Of a DNA stretch of 64,000 bases, positions 21,901 through 33,253 are shown in pieces; the stretch's first letter is position 1; every line of letters starts with the position of its first letter. The translations under genes were made by a program, and so were the position numbers. The stretch spans positions 1-64,000 of IMG/VR virus record IMGVR_UViG_3300032236_000815, one strand, 5' to 3'. Below the pieces are notes generated by a model. It did no database searches and was not told where the DNA came from. It saw only the letters and a list, made by a program, of their open reading frames with translations. Source of the stretch: a virus.

Positions 21901-24900
21901 GGCAGCAGAAGTTGTAGCATACTATAACACCACTTACACATATACTGTAAGCAGTTTAGCAAGTTCAGGTAATTTAATTACAACAAGCTCTGCTCATAGT
22001 TTAACAGTTAACGATCCAATTGTGTTTGCTGGAACTAGTGCAGGTGGAATCACTGCTGGTACTGTATATTATGTTGCTAGTGTTCCAAGCACAACAACAT
22101 TTACAATTACAACAGCTGAAGGATATTTAAACAGCAATGCAGGAAGTACATATCCAACAGTTACTTTATCAACTGTAGGAAGTCCAACACTAACTGTTGC
22201 TTACTACTTTAACGTTGCACAAACACAAAGTGATATTACATATTACTTGAATGCAATCATTTACGACTTACAATACACTGGTAACTACAGAAGTTTACGT
22301 TACGCTCGTGTATTACTAAATTCAGTAAACGGTTCTGCTGGTGATAACATGTGGTTAGTTCGTAATGCTTGCGGTGTTCGCAACATGACTATGAACGGAT
22401 TGACTGGTTCATTAACTAATCCAAACAGTTATGGTACAAAACGTATCACAGGCGGTGCGTACACAAGTTTAGATCCAGGATTTGGTCCTAACGATAGTAA
22501 TGCATGGGTTAACACACGTTCAACATACGTACAAAACTGTACAATGTTTGGATATGGTGTATCAGGTGCTAAAGTCGATGCGGCTTTACACGCTGGCGGC
22601 AACAAGTCTATGGTTGCTAACGACTATACATGTATTATTGGTGACGGTATTGGTTGGTGGACAACTGGATCTGGTGCATTGGCCGAACTTGTTTCAGTGT
22701 TCAACTACTATTGCTGGGCAGGTTACCTAAGTGAATTAGGTGGCAAGATGCGAGCAACCAACGGTAACAGCTCATATGGTACATATGGTGTTGTAGCTGA
22801 AGGCACTGATACATACGAAGTTCCGTTATATGGAACAGTAAACAACCGTTATAACGCGGCACAGATTACTAATACTATAACAGACGGTACTAATCAAATT
22901 TTACGTTTAGAATTTGCAAATGCTGGTATAGCATACACTAACGCAACTACAACAATTAGCGGCAGCGGATATAATGCTACAGCATTGCAAGATGAATTCC
23001 GTGATGCAAGTATTTTTGAAACACGCCTAATTGACTTAAACAACGGCCAAGGTGTTGGTGGCACTAGCTACGTTTCAATATCTAACACTGGCCAAGGTAA
23101 CGCTACTTCTGGTATCGGTACATTTGTAATTGCCGCAACTGATACAGCATTGAGTACAGCATACGTTGGTATGAGAATTCAACTTACAGCTGGTACAGGT
23201 GTTGGACAATATGCAAACATCTTAACATATCAAAACGCAAGTAAGATTGCTCAAATTGTTAAAGATAGTTTTGTTCCATTACAAGTTGCATCAACAAGTT
23301 CAACTAACAACTTGATTACAGTGCCAAGCACAGCAACATTGTATGCAGGTCAACCAATTTATTTTGGAACAGCTATCAGTAACCTTACAGCTGGAACATT
23401 ATATTATGTAATCAGTGCAAACTTCTCTGCAACACAATTTGCAGTAAGTACTACACTAAACGGTGGCGCAGTTACATTAACTAACGTCAGTCAAGCAACA
23501 GTTACAGTTACCGCAACAGCAACAACTAATAACTTAATCACAGCAACTAACACATTAGTTGCAGGACAAGGTATTGTGTTTAGCTCTAGCTTTAACGGTA
23601 TTAATGCTGGACAAGTTTACTATGTACTATCAAATAACTTATCAACAAGTGCATTTGCAGTTAGCGTAAGTCCATTTGTAACAACTCCTGTTACAATTAC
23701 AGCAACTGGTTCAGCAAGCTCAACAGGTACAGTAAGTACAGCATTGTATGCCGCTGGTTGGGATCATGTAGTTCCAGGTACAACTATTCAGAACACATTA
23801 GATGTAACTTCATACTACATTATTGAACCACGCTTACAGTATACTGGTCCTGGATTCACAAGTACTGCTAGAACATTAGCTACAGCCGCAACATATTCTA
23901 ACGTTGCATATGGAGCTGGCAACTATGTTGCAGTAGCAACTGGTTCTACTAATACTCAATACAGTACTAACGGTAAGACTTGGGCAAGTGCTGGCGCATT
24001 ACCAAGTAGTTCAAACTGGGTTGATGTTGTATACGGTGGCGGTTACGGCGCAACAGCAACAGCAATCGTTGGCGGGTTAGGCGGATCTGGTGCAGTATTA
24101 ACAGCAGTATTAGGTACTGGATTAACAGCTGGTCAAGTTGTTGCGGTTAACGTTGTTAACGGCGGCATCAATTACAGCAGTCCTCCAACAATTACATTCA
24201 CTGGTGGTAACGGTGCAAATGCAACAGCAATAGCAACAGTATTGAATGGTGTTATCCAAACAGTTACTATGAGTGTAACCGGTTCTGGTTATACATCTGC
24301 TCCAAGTGTTGCCGCAATTACATCAGTTGTAACCGGATTTACAGTTACAAGTTATGGACAAAATTACTTCACAGCACCAACAGTAACAGTTACTGGTGGC
24401 GGCGCAAGTGTTCAAGCAACTGGTGTAGCAACATTGAACAATAACGGTGTTTATACTATTGCATTGTCAACTGGTGGTACTGGTTACACATCTCAACCAA
24501 CTGTAACAATTACAGATTCATTGGCTAAATTTGTAACAATCGCAAGTGGTACAAATAATACTGCTTATAGTACAGTTGCTAACTTAGGTAGTTCATGGAC
24601 AGCAGGTAACGCATTACCTAACACAAACTTCTTAGCATTAACATACGGTAACGGTGTTTATGTTGCAGTTGGTGGTACAACTACTACTCCAGCTATTGCA
24701 TCAAGTACAGACGGTGTAACATGGGTTAACAGAACCGCAGTTGGTTCAGTGACTTATACATCGGTTGCATACGGCAACGGATATTTCATTGCAATTGCAA
24801 GCGGAAGTAACGTAACTGCTCTAAGTACAAACGGTGTTTCATGGTCGTTAGGCGGTGTATTGCCAAGTTCAACAACTTGGTCAAGTATTACATACGGTAA

Positions 24901-27900
24901 CGGACGTTTTGTTGCTATTGCAAGCAACGGTGTTGCGGTAGCTTACAGTTATAACCAAGGTACAACATGGTATTCAAGTACTAACGTTGGTAGCCCAGGT
25001 TTACCATATACACAAAACTGGACTAAAGTTCGTTACGGTGCAGGACAATTTATGGCGGTTGCCGCAAGTCCAAACGTAACATTAACTGCTACTGCCGCAA
25101 GTACTAACTTGATTACATTAAGCAGTACTGCTAACGTTAACGTTGGTAATACTTTAATTCCAACAAGTGTGACAGAAGCTACAACAGCTACAGCTACTAC
25201 TCACGCAACAGCAACTTCAGCATCTGGAGCAATTATTACTAACGGTGTATTGACAGCTAGCAATAGTACAGGCACATTAACAAACGGTATGTTGTTGACA
25301 AGCTCTGGTACAATCGTAGCAGGTACATACATTCAAAGTACAAATACTGCATCATTTAACAGTATGATTAATACTACATTGATGACAGTGTTCAGTGGAA
25401 CTGCGCCAAGTGTAGGTATGACAGTTACTGGTGCTGGTTATGCATCTGGTACATACGTAACTAACGTAAACGTTGCTACATTTACTGGATTTATCAGCAA
25501 CGGTAACTCGGGCGTGGCTGGTACACAGCTAACAGCCGCAACTATAACATCTGGTACACTAAACACATTCCAGTTAATTACTGGCGGTACTGTAAGTGCT
25601 AACACTTATATTAGTGGTAATACACAGTTTAACACAAACAACGGTAGCTTAACTGGTAGCACACTAACATTAGGCACTGTATCTGGTTCAGTTGCTTTAG
25701 GTCAAGCAGTTGCAGGTACTGGTATTCCAACTGGTACATATATAACTGCGTTTGGTTCAGGCGGCGCAGGCGGTAACGGTACATATACTGTAGCAGGTCC
25801 TGGTATTCCAGCAGCCGCAACAGGCACAATTTCTGTAGTTGGTATTGTTTATACATTAAACAACAGCCAAGCAGTTGGTACAGGTGCAAGCCAAACATCG
25901 TTTACAGCAACTAGCTATAACGTAACTAACAGTCAATCGGTTGGTTCTGCCGCATCGCAAATTACATCAACTGGTACTAGCTATGTATTAGCTGGCCCAG
26001 GTACTGCATCGACACAAACTCAAACATCTGCAACTATTACTGGTACTAACGATTTAGTAACTGTTGGTAGTACAGCAGGTATGACAGTTGGCGAACCAAT
26101 TGCGTTTACATACTTTACAATTAGTACAACGTTAACTGCTACAAACAGTTCAGGTAACCTGTTAACAGTTGCATCAACTAGCGGCTTTACAGTTGGCGGA
26201 AGTATTATATTCACAGCAGTAACACAAAGTGGTTTATTAACTGCAAGTGCAAGTACAGGTAACTTGTTAACATTGAGCAGTACTAGTGGTTTAGTTAACG
26301 GTGAGACAATTGTATTCACCAGCGTAACACAAGCTACTACATTAACAGCAACTACTCCAAGTGCATCAACATTTACTGGTTACATTGCAGGTACAACATT
26401 GACTGTTGGTACTGTTGGTTCTGGTACGATTGCAATTGGTCAAGTATTAACTGGATCAACAACAGTTGCTGGTACTTACATTGTTGCTAACATCAGTGGT
26501 TCTGGTAACGGTTCTACATGGCAAGTAAGCGTAAGTCAAACAGTTGGTAGCTCAGGTTCACTACAAGCATTGACTGGTACAGGTAACTTGATTACATTGA
26601 ACACATCAACTGGTATGGTTGTTGGTGAATCATTTGTAGTAGGTACAAACGTCGGTAACTTGTTAACATCAAGCACATACTACATTACTAAGATTATTGG
26701 TAACCAAATTGCAGTTGGTACAAGTTCAGGCGCAACTAGCGACTTTACAGTTTCTAATACAACTGGACAAAGCGTATCTGTAACTGCTGGTACAGTATTT
26801 GGCGGCATCACAAGTGGTACAACTTATTATGTAACAAGCATAAGTGGTAGCCAAATCACTATCAGTGCATCTTACTCTGGTGCTAACTTGACATTGACCA
26901 ACGCCGCTGGAGCATGGACTTATGCATCAGGCGCCGCTTTTGGTGGTATTACAAGTGGTACAACATACTATATCTTAAGTATTCCAACACCAGGTACAAA
27001 CGGTACAATTACTGTAAGTACAAGTTATGGTGGTAGCGTACAAGCTGTAACAAGTGCCAACGGTGCTTGGACAGCAGTTGAAGGTAGTGTGTTTGGTAAC
27101 TTAGTATCAGGTACAACTTATTACATTAGCGAGGTTATTGGTAGCACACAAATTGCGCTTTCAACATCTTACGGAGCAACTACTAACTTTACACTAGCAA
27201 GCCAAAACGGTAGCTGGAGTACAACAGCTGGTAGTATATTAGGTAACTTAGTATCTGGTAACACATACTACATTACAAGTATTAGCGGTAACAACGTAAC
27301 TGTAAGTACAAGTTTAGGCGGATCAACATTCAGCTTAATTAGCGATACAGGTGCATGGACTGCCGTAATTGGTAATGCGTATGCCGCTACAAGTTGGGAC
27401 GGTATTAACTGGAGTACACAACTATTAGGCACAAGCAATAGTTGGAGTGCATTGACATACGGTAACCCAATCAGTGCTACTTTAGGCGCTCAACCAACTT
27501 GGGTAACATTAAGTAATGCGGCCGGTACAACTACCGCAGTAAGTACAAGAGCAGGTGCTACACCATTAGGCCGTGTAACTGCTAAGAGTGGTGTAATTAC
27601 TGAAATCCGTATGATTGAACCAGGTAGCGGTTATGCAAAAGGTAACGTTTCTGCAACTACAATTACAACTAACGTGATTACAGTTGATGATACTACTAAC
27701 TTACAAAACAATCAACCAGTTACATTTAATCAAAGTTCAGGTGGTATTGTAGCTGGTACAGTATACTATGTTCTATACGGTAGTATTACAGTTAGTAGCT
27801 TCCAGATTACAACAGCCTCTGGTGGTACAACAGCAATATCGTTAACAACTAGTGCGCCAACTGGTATGATTTATCGTGCAGGTGCAATTGTCACACAGAT

Positions 27901-28831
27901 TGATCCTAACAAGGTATTGACTGCGGCAATTAACCCACGTCAAGGTGACGGTGCATTAGGTAACCCAAGCTTCGGTAATAGAGGTACAGGTAACTCTACT
28001 GCTACAGCAAGTACATCAGGTGACGGATATGCTGATTTATTCCAAACTGGCGGATACTTAAACGTGGCTAATTTGTTTAGTTTACCAACACCGGGATCAA
28101 ACGTACAGTTTGCAAGTATTCCAGGTGTATGGTATAAACTGGTTACAGTTACAAACGTATTAGGTATTGCTGGCGCATACACAGCACAGATTCAAATTAA
28201 TCCAAACATGAGTGCATTGTTGGCACCCCCACACAATGATATCATTACAACAAGATTAAAATACTCACAAGTACGTTTAACAGGACATGACTTCTTGTAT
28301 ATTGGTACAGGTAACCAAGTACAGACGAATTATCCAAACGTAATTACAACTAATGCAATCCAAGCTAACCAAACTTACAGTTTAGGCGGTGGTCGTGTGT
28401 TCTACACCAGTACTGACCAAGACGGTAACTTTAACGTTGGTGGATTGTTTGGAGTTCAACAAGCAACTGGTACAGCTAGTTTGAACGCTACAGCGTTTAA
28501 CTTAGCAGGTTTACAATCATTGCAGTTGGGCGCAGTTAGTTTAGGTGTTGGTTCAGCTACAGTTACTCAATTCAGTACTGACCCATACTTTACTGCTAAC
28601 AGCGATAATATTGTTCCAACCCAAAAGGCTATTAAGTCTTACATTACCAGCCAAATTGGTGGCGGAGCAAGTACATTGAACGTAAATACTTTGACAGCGG
28701 GTGTAATTTACTTGAGTGGTAATACAATTACAACTACATCAGGCGGACAAATCATTGTATCGGCAAAAATGAACTTTACAGGTGGCGTAGACGGAAGTCC
28801 AGTGTCGCTTGCATACTTTATGACAAAATAA
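15926..28831 (+). CDS. Giant fibre/spike protein (4301 aa), paralogue of 7943..15898 with many inserted modules
   Basis: Same scaffold order as the 2651-aa protein (MAEY/F.L.R.RF.W start, WxGxW repeats, [45 protein letters not shown]). Confidence 0.85.
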   Translation: MAEYLLGRIKFVWQGAWTNGTGYLVDDVVSYNGKTYICVVAHTASTLFDTDFLNVVPKWNLMSDGITWGGSWANATYYDQGSLIKYGGVVYVCTTGHTSAASTASLATTSASSTGGTATLTFASQVVQPFLVGATITVSGVSPNNFNGTFTVTSCSTTQVQYALVGTYGPQSQAGTVAGTSQLGLELNQSSWNAFATAFNWAGPWAANTRYKTSDLVSYGGYTYICTTGHVSASTATLGLEANSGNWQVFNAGISYIGSWNTGGGVRYKLNDVVKYGADLWICTTAHTSTTTFDTAKFAIFINGFEFVNSWSSSAVYEIGDTVTYGGYTYVAIQNGTNQVPSTASTYWQPFTTGFSFQGDWLVGTSYQIGSVVRLNGYTYLAKADNVGQQPPNSTYWYQLNSGLKWSNVQQTYTNVGGTNVIGTGSGATFNIVRNSTTYSVTVNAAGTGYAVNNTIKVLGTALGGLSPVNDLVITVASLTSTPTTSGVATITTSGIAVSWTSGTGYVLGDVVLYGANSYICVLAHTAGSGNTPVADTTGTYWNLLSAGAESAQLSVTGDMFYYSATGPARLPIGKEGQVLRVQNGLPAWQYFGLINNVVYVSNTQGTDRPDFGITPENPWASVRYACQQIEAGYLNTNAGTLLTLNKQFMMKEVNNYIKVQYSVNVTGTSGTTITVGGSSTTSQVTTANLTAGMPIIFANSSGNIVAGTTYYVAQVISATTFNIATSAANALVPTLYTVGTGTANTGTYVYDPAKAERDSGLVIEGAIFDLTHSGNLKTITNAKSFFTATGNNLISGVNSYDIAPFVSSLSYLNGTLIPNVLANTAPSTNYQLVLNPTIATTGTSATGGVATITYTGAAFTVGSFITVSGVTPTAYNGTWQVTASSSGSVSFLSSATGSQTVAGTVQTQKAIQQINASYPAESGAATTVQSLVTVVTSALSAGTTAGLPNLATPNTTISIKTGTYNEVLPINVPAYTALVGDELRSTVVQPFQADPQLATVVPKAQVALNRIKTLVPNLMSNTAITPSSGNTVAQVTSLPAASIGSTTAVSNVQSSISILYNLVASGLTNEPAIIMPTPTGFNTSTLTNTAYASTTGSNSTGDTTGFGYAITQIRQNYQYLISDTLQYLINNPGTSGYTGQSTQIGLGYRDIQYILDSIIYDMTYGGNTQSLIAGSAYYSLNTLQITQPQLTPYVNALTNRLKLLISNVITKTTAGSLSGNNIVQVTTGTAGSAGAAGFAQDRVQNVINWISNGAADATISPYYGWVSQSLQTAFNNVIATKAEIASDATVWVNKFYQSVSFANSSLINRDAGLITNAVAYDMMFGSNFNAIQAGRAFNRANTSATTLRTTTELAPSLGAINFLSYKIKNIAASGASAQIQTTIDDLNAYLQCGTANTGTTFTTPPQQITWPQPALPIATYTNVSGLTLTGSGGSATFTITRNTNGNGYYTYTVQPTGGSVGTGWAVGNTIRIYGDTIGGQRSTNDFVINITQVSGGAITAVTYSDAPATIGLLESNRAFLLAEVIAYINANYSSITTNPNYTVAKTQRDAGFVLDAIHYDMQYGGNWASQNAGMAYYSALYGTQIASGLTTAFSAALGYVSTLAQQVVVGTTVATPLQATVTQVLPTATSYVGSARDAGRIGTLMTLVTNFVTNGLTSGAPTATITTIASGTTFTTGSAHGLLVGDIVIPQTSSNGLVSTIIGSGTPYYVVSVPSTTQFTLSLSYNGAAITSFTNGTGLSIAVQTISMPYLSWASSAALSAYATVSASIPTYQTGATASFTANLAGTTTINVTAVASGTIALGMVISGAGIVGGSTITGYGTGSGGTGTYTISNANTTGTVTGVTITAVSSGVIAYLNTNYPALTYNQTYANRDTFNVTLAAMLDMVTGSTFASIQAGRAYNRTQDYQVQGYEKTATIASLNYLQTLIASTLSSATYSSQLSSATNNIYLIIAMLTNGQYVRPEVTGTVTYNNTLGIINGAEILRANIPFLAAEVVAYYNTTYTYTVSSLASSGNLITTSSAHSLTVNDPIVFAGTSAGGITAGTVYYVASVPSTTTFTITTAEGYLNSNAGSTYPTVTLSTVGSPTLTVAYYFNVAQTQSDITYYLNAIIYDLQYTGNYRSLRYARVLLNSVNGSAGDNMWLVRNACGVRNMTMNGLTGSLTNPNSYGTKRITGGAYTSLDPGFGPNDSNAWVNTRSTYVQNCTMFGYGVSGAKVDAALHAGGNKSMVANDYTCIIGDGIGWWTTGSGALAELVSVFNYYCWAGYLSELGGKMRATNGNSSYGTYGVVAEGTDTYEVPLYGTVNNRYNAAQITNTITDGTNQILRLEFANAGIAYTNATTTISGSGYNATALQDEFRDASIFETRLIDLNNGQGVGGTSYVSISNTGQGNATSGIGTFVIAATDTALSTAYVGMRIQLTAGTGVGQYANILTYQNASKIAQIVKDSFVPLQVASTSSTNNLITVPSTATLYAGQPIYFGTAISNLTAGTLYYVISANFSATQFAVSTTLNGGAVTLTNVSQATVTVTATATTNNLITATNTLVAGQGIVFSSSFNGINAGQVYYVLSNNLSTSAFAVSVSPFVTTPVTITATGSASSTGTVSTALYAAGWDHVVPGTTIQNTLDVTSYYIIEPRLQYTGPGFTSTARTLATAATYSNVAYGAGNYVAVATGSTNTQYSTNGKTWASAGALPSSSNWVDVVYGGGYGATATAIVGGLGGSGAVLTAVLGTGLTAGQVVAVNVVNGGINYSSPPTITFTGGNGANATAIATVLNGVIQTVTMSVTGSGYTSAPSVAAITSVVTGFTVTSYGQNYFTAPTVTVTGGGASVQATGVATLNNNGVYTIALSTGGTGYTSQPTVTITDSLAKFVTIASGTNNTAYSTVANLGSSWTAGNALPNTNFLALTYGNGVYVAVGGTTTTPAIASSTDGVTWVNRTAVGSVTYTSVAYGNGYFIAIASGSNVTALSTNGVSWSLGGVLPSSTTWSSITYGNGRFVAIASNGVAVAYSYNQGTTWYSSTNVGSPGLPYTQNWTKVRYGAGQFMAVAASPNVTLTATAASTNLITLSSTANVNVGNTLIPTSVTEATTATATTHATATSASGAIITNGVLTASNSTGTLTNGMLLTSSGTIVAGTYIQSTNTASFNSMINTTLMTVFSGTAPSVGMTVTGAGYASGTYVTNVNVATFTGFISNGNSGVAGTQLTAATITSGTLNTFQLITGGTVSANTYISGNTQFNTNNGSLTGSTLTLGTVSGSVALGQAVAGTGIPTGTYITAFGSGGAGGNGTYTVAGPGIPAAATGTISVVGIVYTLNNSQAVGTGASQTSFTATSYNVTNSQSVGSAASQITSTGTSYVLAGPGTASTQTQTSATITGTNDLVTVGSTAGMTVGEPIAFTYFTISTTLTATNSSGNLLTVASTSGFTVGGSIIFTAVTQSGLLTASASTGNLLTLSSTSGLVNGETIVFTSVTQATTLTATTPSASTFTGYIAGTTLTVGTVGSGTIAIGQVLTGSTTVAGTYIVANISGSGNGSTWQVSVSQTVGSSGSLQALTGTGNLITLNTSTGMVVGESFVVGTNVGNLLTSSTYYITKIIGNQIAVGTSSGATSDFTVSNTTGQSVSVTAGTVFGGITSGTTYYVTSISGSQITISASYSGANLTLTNAAGAWTYASGAAFGGITSGTTYYILSIPTPGTNGTITVSTSYGGSVQAVTSANGAWTAVEGSVFGNLVSGTTYYISEVIGSTQIALSTSYGATTNFTLASQNGSWSTTAGSILGNLVSGNTYYITSISGNNVTVSTSLGGSTFSLISDTGAWTAVIGNAYAATSWDGINWSTQLLGTSNSWSALTYGNPISATLGAQPTWVTLSNAAGTTTAVSTRAGATPLGRVTAKSGVITEIRMIEPGSGYAKGNVSATTITTNVITVDDTTNLQNNQPVTFNQSSGGIVAGTVYYVLYGSITVSSFQITTASGGTTAISLTTSAPTGMIYRAGAIVTQIDPNKVLTAAINPRQGDGALGNPSFGNRGTGNSTATASTSGDGYADLFQTGGYLNVANLFSLPTPGSNVQFASIPGVWYKLVTVTNVLGIAGAYTAQIQINPNMSALLAPPHNDIITTRLKYSQVRLTGHDFLYIGTGNQVQTNYPNVITTNAIQANQTYSLGGGRVFYTSTDQDGNFNVGGLFGVQQATGTASLNATAFNLAGLQSLQLGAVSLGVGSATVTQFSTDPYFTANSDNIVPTQKAIKSYITSQIGGGASTLNVNTLTAGVIYLSGNTITTTSGGQIIVSAKMNFTGGVDGSPVSLAYFMTK

Positions 28832-28843
28832 CGGAGAAATAAC

Positions 28844-29164
28844 ATGGCATCAGGACGAGTCGCATCGGTTGCACCAAACGCAACATCAATCACAACAATT
28901 TACCCAGTACCAACTGGGTACTATGGCATCTATAATGTTAGTATCACAAATACTAACACTACGCCAGTAACCATTCGTTTAGCAGTAGCCGCAGGCGCTA
29001 CACCAAACGCTAACGAATACATCGAGTACAATGCAACTATTGTACCTAACGGTGTACTAGAGCGTACAGGTATTGTTGCTGCCGCTGGTACATACATTGT
29101 TGGTTATGCAAGTGCTTCACTTGTAAACTTTAATGTATGGGGCATTGAGACATCAACATCATAA
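28844..29164 (+). CDS. Small virion protein, paralogue 3 of the ~110-aa family
   Basis: YPVP...NVSITN...IRLA...EYIEY...GVLERTGIV...VWGIE; GGAG RBS. Confidence 0.7.
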   Translation: MASGRVASVAPNATSITTIYPVPTGYYGIYNVSITNTNTTPVTIRLAVAAGATPNANEYIEYNATIVPNGVLERTGIVAAAGTYIVGYASASLVNFNVWGIETSTS

Positions 29165-29176
29165 GAGAGAATTTAA

Positions 29177-30049
29177 ATGGCAAGATATAATACCCAACTA
29201 GGTATGGCAACAAGTCCAACTACTGGACTTATACAGTACGTAACTAGTGCAACTACAATAACTACACCGTATCAAGGTCTGTATACAGAAATTGGATCAA
29301 CTACTGCGGCAATATTTACTATTAACTTGCCAACGCCAGCGAGTTTCCCAGGAACTACGCAGACATTTTTTAATAACTCTGCTTACGCAGTTACTTTATC
29401 TATTACTGGTGGTATTTTTACAGGTAGTATCGGCTCAGCTGGTACAAATTTTATTTTAAATCCAACTGCTACAGTTACAATATTTTCAGACGGTACAAAC
29501 TATGTTTGTATGAGCGGTACTGGCGGCGCCCAAGCTGTAAGTACGTTGTCTGCTAGTTCAACTGTAAACTTGAGCCCATCTAATGCTAACGTAACACTTA
29601 GCCCAACTGGTTCAGGACAAGTGTTTATTAGTCCAGCAACAACTGGTTCTATCAGTAACATGACATTTACTGCTGGCGGTTTAACAACATTACAACAAAC
29701 TACTGAAGTTCTTGCTACTATTGCAAGCCCAGGCGGCACAGCTACACTAAACTATAACACTACTGACATTTGGTATTTGACTGGTTTAAGTGCAAACTTT
29801 ACAGCCGCATTTACTAACGTGCCAACAACATTGCTAAGAACTGTTACTATGACATTGATTTTAGTGCAAGGTGGTACAGCGTATATTCCAAACGCGGTAA
29901 CAATTAACGGTACAAGTTATAGTATTACATGGCCAGCTGGTATTGTTCCAACTGGAACAGCTAACAGGGTTAACATTGCAACATTCTTTATTGTCAATGC
30001 TACAGCCGCACCTAACTATGTGTTAGGACAAATCAGTGAATACGGTTAA
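29177..30049 (+). CDS. Putative fibre/structural protein
   Basis: FTINLP...SDGTNY fibre motif; C-terminal TLILVQGG...ITWPAG..PT module. Confidence 0.7.
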   Translation: MARYNTQLGMATSPTTGLIQYVTSATTITTPYQGLYTEIGSTTAAIFTINLPTPASFPGTTQTFFNNSAYAVTLSITGGIFTGSIGSAGTNFILNPTATVTIFSDGTNYVCMSGTGGAQAVSTLSASSTVNLSPSNANVTLSPTGSGQVFISPATTGSISNMTFTAGGLTTLQQTTEVLATIASPGGTATLNYNTTDIWYLTGLSANFTAAFTNVPTTLLRTVTMTLILVQGGTAYIPNAVTINGTSYSITWPAGIVPTGTANRVNIATFFIVNATAAPNYVLGQISEYG

Positions 30050-30071
30050 TCAATAATTTAGGAGAATAAGA

Positions 30072-31742
30072 ATGCCAATTACAAGTACCGTTGGAGGAAC
30101 AGTTGAGTTAAAAGGACTTGGCGGCGCCCACCCAGGAGTTGCACCAGTAGATACTTCGGCTAGTACAGCCGCAGGCTCTATCGGAACTATGACAGTAACC
30201 GCAGGCGGCTGGGTAAGTTCAGGAACTACACCACCAGGCTATCCGTCAGGATATTATCCACTCAGCATTTCAAGTGTATCTGGAAGCCGTGTAGCATTTG
30301 ATCCGTTTGGTCAAGGCGCTATCACTTATACACTTCCAAACGCACTTAGCGGTACTATAACATCTGTTAGTGGCGCAACTGTAACCATCAGCGGATCTAC
30401 ATCCGGTATGGCTCAAGGTAGCGACTTTACAGTATATTTTTCAGGTGGTGGTACAAACGCTCAACAGTCTACATATGGTGGAGTATGGCCAGGAACATGG
30501 TATGTTGCCAGTGTTGTTAGCGGAAACCAAGTTACACTAGCAACTACTTACGGTAATGCTATTGCAAATAGTCCAACTACATTCCAAAGTTATAACACTA
30601 GCTATACAGTAAGCGGTTTGAATTATGTTAGCGGAGCATTACCTAGCGGATTGTCGTTTAACTCAAGTACAGGAACTGTAAGCGGAGCCATTTCTATTAA
30701 CTCAACTAGTAACCCAGGTTATAATAATGGAATGCTTTTAAACTATCCACCTAGCGGCGGCCTATACGACGGAAGAACTGTTCCAACAACCTCATACCAA
30801 TTTAAAGTACGTGCTACTGATGCGTTAGGTATTAATCAAACAGATCGTCAATATAGTATTAACTTGAGTGTGCCATATGCATATCGTCAAGTTATCACAA
30901 CAACTTACTTGCAAGCTGGTTATGCAAACAGCTCATGTTGGCAAACTACTTGCCGTACAACAAACTCGACAGACACTACTATCGACTTGGGTTCAAGTGG
31001 TTACCAGGAAGTTGCTCATAACTACCAGATGAGTGCTCACAACTTAACTCGTTCGTTCACATTTGGTGCAGGATCGGCTCACTGTGCCGCGGCAAGTAAC
31101 GTTATTGCATTTAATATGCGTACTGAAACTGCTAATACTGCGGGTTATTCACGTGGTTATCCAGTAAGTCAAAATAACTGTTCTACACTACGTCAAGAAT
31201 ATTACTATGCATGGTGTACAAGCCCAGCGGCAACTACAGTATATGAAATGAATTTGACAACCGAACAAGGTTATACTGCTCCTACTTCATGCCCAGGCCC
31301 TAATGCATTAACTGGAAATAGCTGGGACGGTTATGGTGTTTGGATGAGTCAAAACTACAACATGACTTACTCTAATCGAACAGTTACCAGCCGTGGCGGT
31401 ACTACTGTTACTGGTGATGCTCAAGGTAAAGTAATGGAAGGTAAGATTAACGCTTACGGTGGCCGTGAAGGTTGCCCAAGCACAAACTGGCGTAGAACTG
31501 TTCAAAGTACTAACACCAGTGTTGATGCGGCTGGCGCAAAACCTTACAACTCAGGCGAAGAAAACAACATGACTGGCCAAGATTGGGGATATTGTATCGG
31601 ATTCTACGGACCTGCAGGACACGTTAATACATCATTTAAATTTATCTATGCTACAGAAGCAGGGTATGGAACTAATGCTAGTTTGGAAGCTAAAGGCGGA
31701 CACGCAGGTAACAGTTCAGGAACCACATGTTGGCGAGATTAA
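30072..31742 (+). CDS. Putative receptor-binding/fibre-tip protein: Ig-like domain plus Cys-containing Kelch-like propeller
   Basis: SGALPSGLSFNSSTGTVSG...YQFKVRATD putative-Ig motif; C-terminal ~280 aa of aromatic-Gly repeats (YLQAGY, FTFGAG, AYGGREG, GYCIGFYG) with several Cys. Confidence 0.6.
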   Translation: MPITSTVGGTVELKGLGGAHPGVAPVDTSASTAAGSIGTMTVTAGGWVSSGTTPPGYPSGYYPLSISSVSGSRVAFDPFGQGAITYTLPNALSGTITSVSGATVTISGSTSGMAQGSDFTVYFSGGGTNAQQSTYGGVWPGTWYVASVVSGNQVTLATTYGNAIANSPTTFQSYNTSYTVSGLNYVSGALPSGLSFNSSTGTVSGAISINSTSNPGYNNGMLLNYPPSGGLYDGRTVPTTSYQFKVRATDALGINQTDRQYSINLSVPYAYRQVITTTYLQAGYANSSCWQTTCRTTNSTDTTIDLGSSGYQEVAHNYQMSAHNLTRSFTFGAGSAHCAAASNVIAFNMRTETANTAGYSRGYPVSQNNCSTLRQEYYYAWCTSPAATTVYEMNLTTEQGYTAPTSCPGPNALTGNSWDGYGVWMSQNYNMTYSNRTVTSRGGTTVTGDAQGKVMEGKINAYGGREGCPSTNWRRTVQSTNTSVDAAGAKPYNSGEENNMTGQDWGYCIGFYGPAGHVNTSFKFIYATEAGYGTNASLEAKGGHAGNSSGTTCWRD

Positions 31743-31747
31743 CCTGC

Positions 31748-31753
31748 TAAATA
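31748..31753 (+). promoter_or_regulatory. Late promoter core TAAATA
   Basis: CTAAATA followed by GAGG RBS before ATG 31781. Confidence 0.55.
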
Positions 31754-31780
31754 TTCAACAATTTTTAGCAAGAGGAATTT

Positions 31781-32644
31781 ATGATAGATAGAATTAAACA
31801 ATTTAATGATCGAAGTGTTGACGTTGATTTGCATTCAGATACTAGTATGATGTCTGATTCGGACAAACAGCATATTATTAAAGCGTTGAATAAAGAATGG
31901 ACTAACCCAAAATTTAAAATGCGTTGGTTCGTTGGGCAAGCCCAGGTAACTATCTATGCAAAATATCGTCAATTCTTAATGGAACTAAAAAGCCGCGAAG
32001 AAGGTATTGAAGATCTTGAGTATAAAATGGAACAATGGTCCATTGATATTGCTCGCCACGAGATGATTGCATCTGAAGCAGTTGACGATTTAGACAAAAG
32101 AATGGCAAAACTTGAAATTAAAAAGTTAAGTCGTGATTTAAGTCGTAGTCGTCGAATTGTAGAAGGTTGGTATTTAGAGCGTCAATTATATTGTGATTTA
32201 ATTAACGAATTTTTGGCAAGCCCCGAAGCACTACTTCCCGATAATAGTGGTAGAACTTATGCAGATATCATTAATACAGATGAAGAAGATGTATACGAAG
32301 AATTGCTATGGACTCATAGACTAGCAAAGCAAGCCGCTTGTGATTTAATGTTTTACGGAAAGATCAATAGCGGTAACATGGATGCTATTCTTAGTATGCA
32401 TCCAGACCAGCAAGCACAAACGTTTGCACTAGCAACAAATTTTAGTATGCAAGTTCAAAGCTATTTGCTAGAGTTACAAGATCAAGCACAAACACATGCT
32501 AGCCTAGGCAAACCATTTAACAACGGTGATCTAGCATTGCCCAGAGCATTTAACAGAGCTCCTCCAGCAGAAGACATTACTAAAATAGATAATCCTCAGC
32601 AATCAACAGAAATTAAGGATATGTTAAATGTATATAATATTTGA
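31781..32644 (+). CDS. Hypothetical helical/coiled-coil protein (possible fibre chaperone)
   Basis: 287 aa, charged and helical, immediately after the fibre-tip gene; chaperone role is inference. Confidence 0.7.
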   Translation: MIDRIKQFNDRSVDVDLHSDTSMMSDSDKQHIIKALNKEWTNPKFKMRWFVGQAQVTIYAKYRQFLMELKSREEGIEDLEYKMEQWSIDIARHEMIASEAVDDLDKRMAKLEIKKLSRDLSRSRRIVEGWYLERQLYCDLINEFLASPEALLPDNSGRTYADIINTDEEDVYEELLWTHRLAKQAACDLMFYGKINSGNMDAILSMHPDQQAQTFALATNFSMQVQSYLLELQDQAQTHASLGKPFNNGDLALPRAFNRAPPAEDITKIDNPQQSTEIKDMLNVYNI

Positions 32645-33182
32645 ATCTAGACGACACGACGAACCTAAAATTAAAGATTACGGTAAGTTTTGGTTTTATC
32701 TCATAGGCTATATTGCTCCAGAAGATGAAGCAAGTGTCGATTTATCAGATTTTAGTTATACTGAAATTTCCGAAGCTGTAGCAAATGCTGATTTATTAGC
32801 ACCATCGAATGACGGTGTTGCAGTTGTTAGACAGCTTAAAGAAAATATGACTCGTGCTGATTTTGTTGGTCCAACTGGTTTGAACTACGGCGACAATCAA
32901 GGTAAGAAAGAATATTACGTTTTAACAGACGAAGATAAAACTAATTGCTGTACTTTGTTAAGAGAAATAATGAAGTTACAAATTGCCAATCACGGCCATC
33001 GTAAAGATCCTATAGAATTAGAAGCACTAAAAACGGCTATTGATCAGTTGCCAACTAGCGATTTAAATTCTACTCAAATGTTTATGAGTACATATTTTGA
33101 ATTTGAAACTGCATATACTCAGTTTAAAACCAAACAACCAGTTATTAATATCAAATTCAAGTTTGATGGCGACGGTTTTTAA
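32628..33182 (+). CDS. Hypothetical protein
   Basis: 184 aa, overlaps the previous gene by 17 nt, AAGGA RBS. Confidence 0.7.
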   Translation: MYIIFESRRHDEPKIKDYGKFWFYLIGYIAPEDEASVDLSDFSYTEISEAVANADLLAPSNDGVAVVRQLKENMTRADFVGPTGLNYGDNQGKKEYYVLTDEDKTNCCTLLREIMKLQIANHGHRKDPIELEALKTAIDQLPTSDLNSTQMFMSTYFEFETAYTQFKTKQPVINIKFKFDGDGF

Positions 33183-33204
33183 ACCAATCCACTTCTAAAA
33201 TTTT

Positions 33205-33243
33205 AAAAGAGATGCTAAACTAAGTAAGTTAGCATCTTTTTTT
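33205..33243 (+). terminator. Rho-independent terminator with a TAAGTA promoter-like motif in its loop
   Basis: AGATGCTAA (33210-33218)/TTAGCATCT (33229-33237) plus T-run; loop ACTAAGTAAG. Confidence 0.75.
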
Positions 33244-33253
33244 ACGGCGGCGT

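Noticed and set aside
15383-28434. Diversity-generating retroelement template/variable repeat pair
   Set aside because: Both copies lie in conserved coding regions, flanking mismatches are not adenine-specific, and no reverse transcriptase is present in the window.
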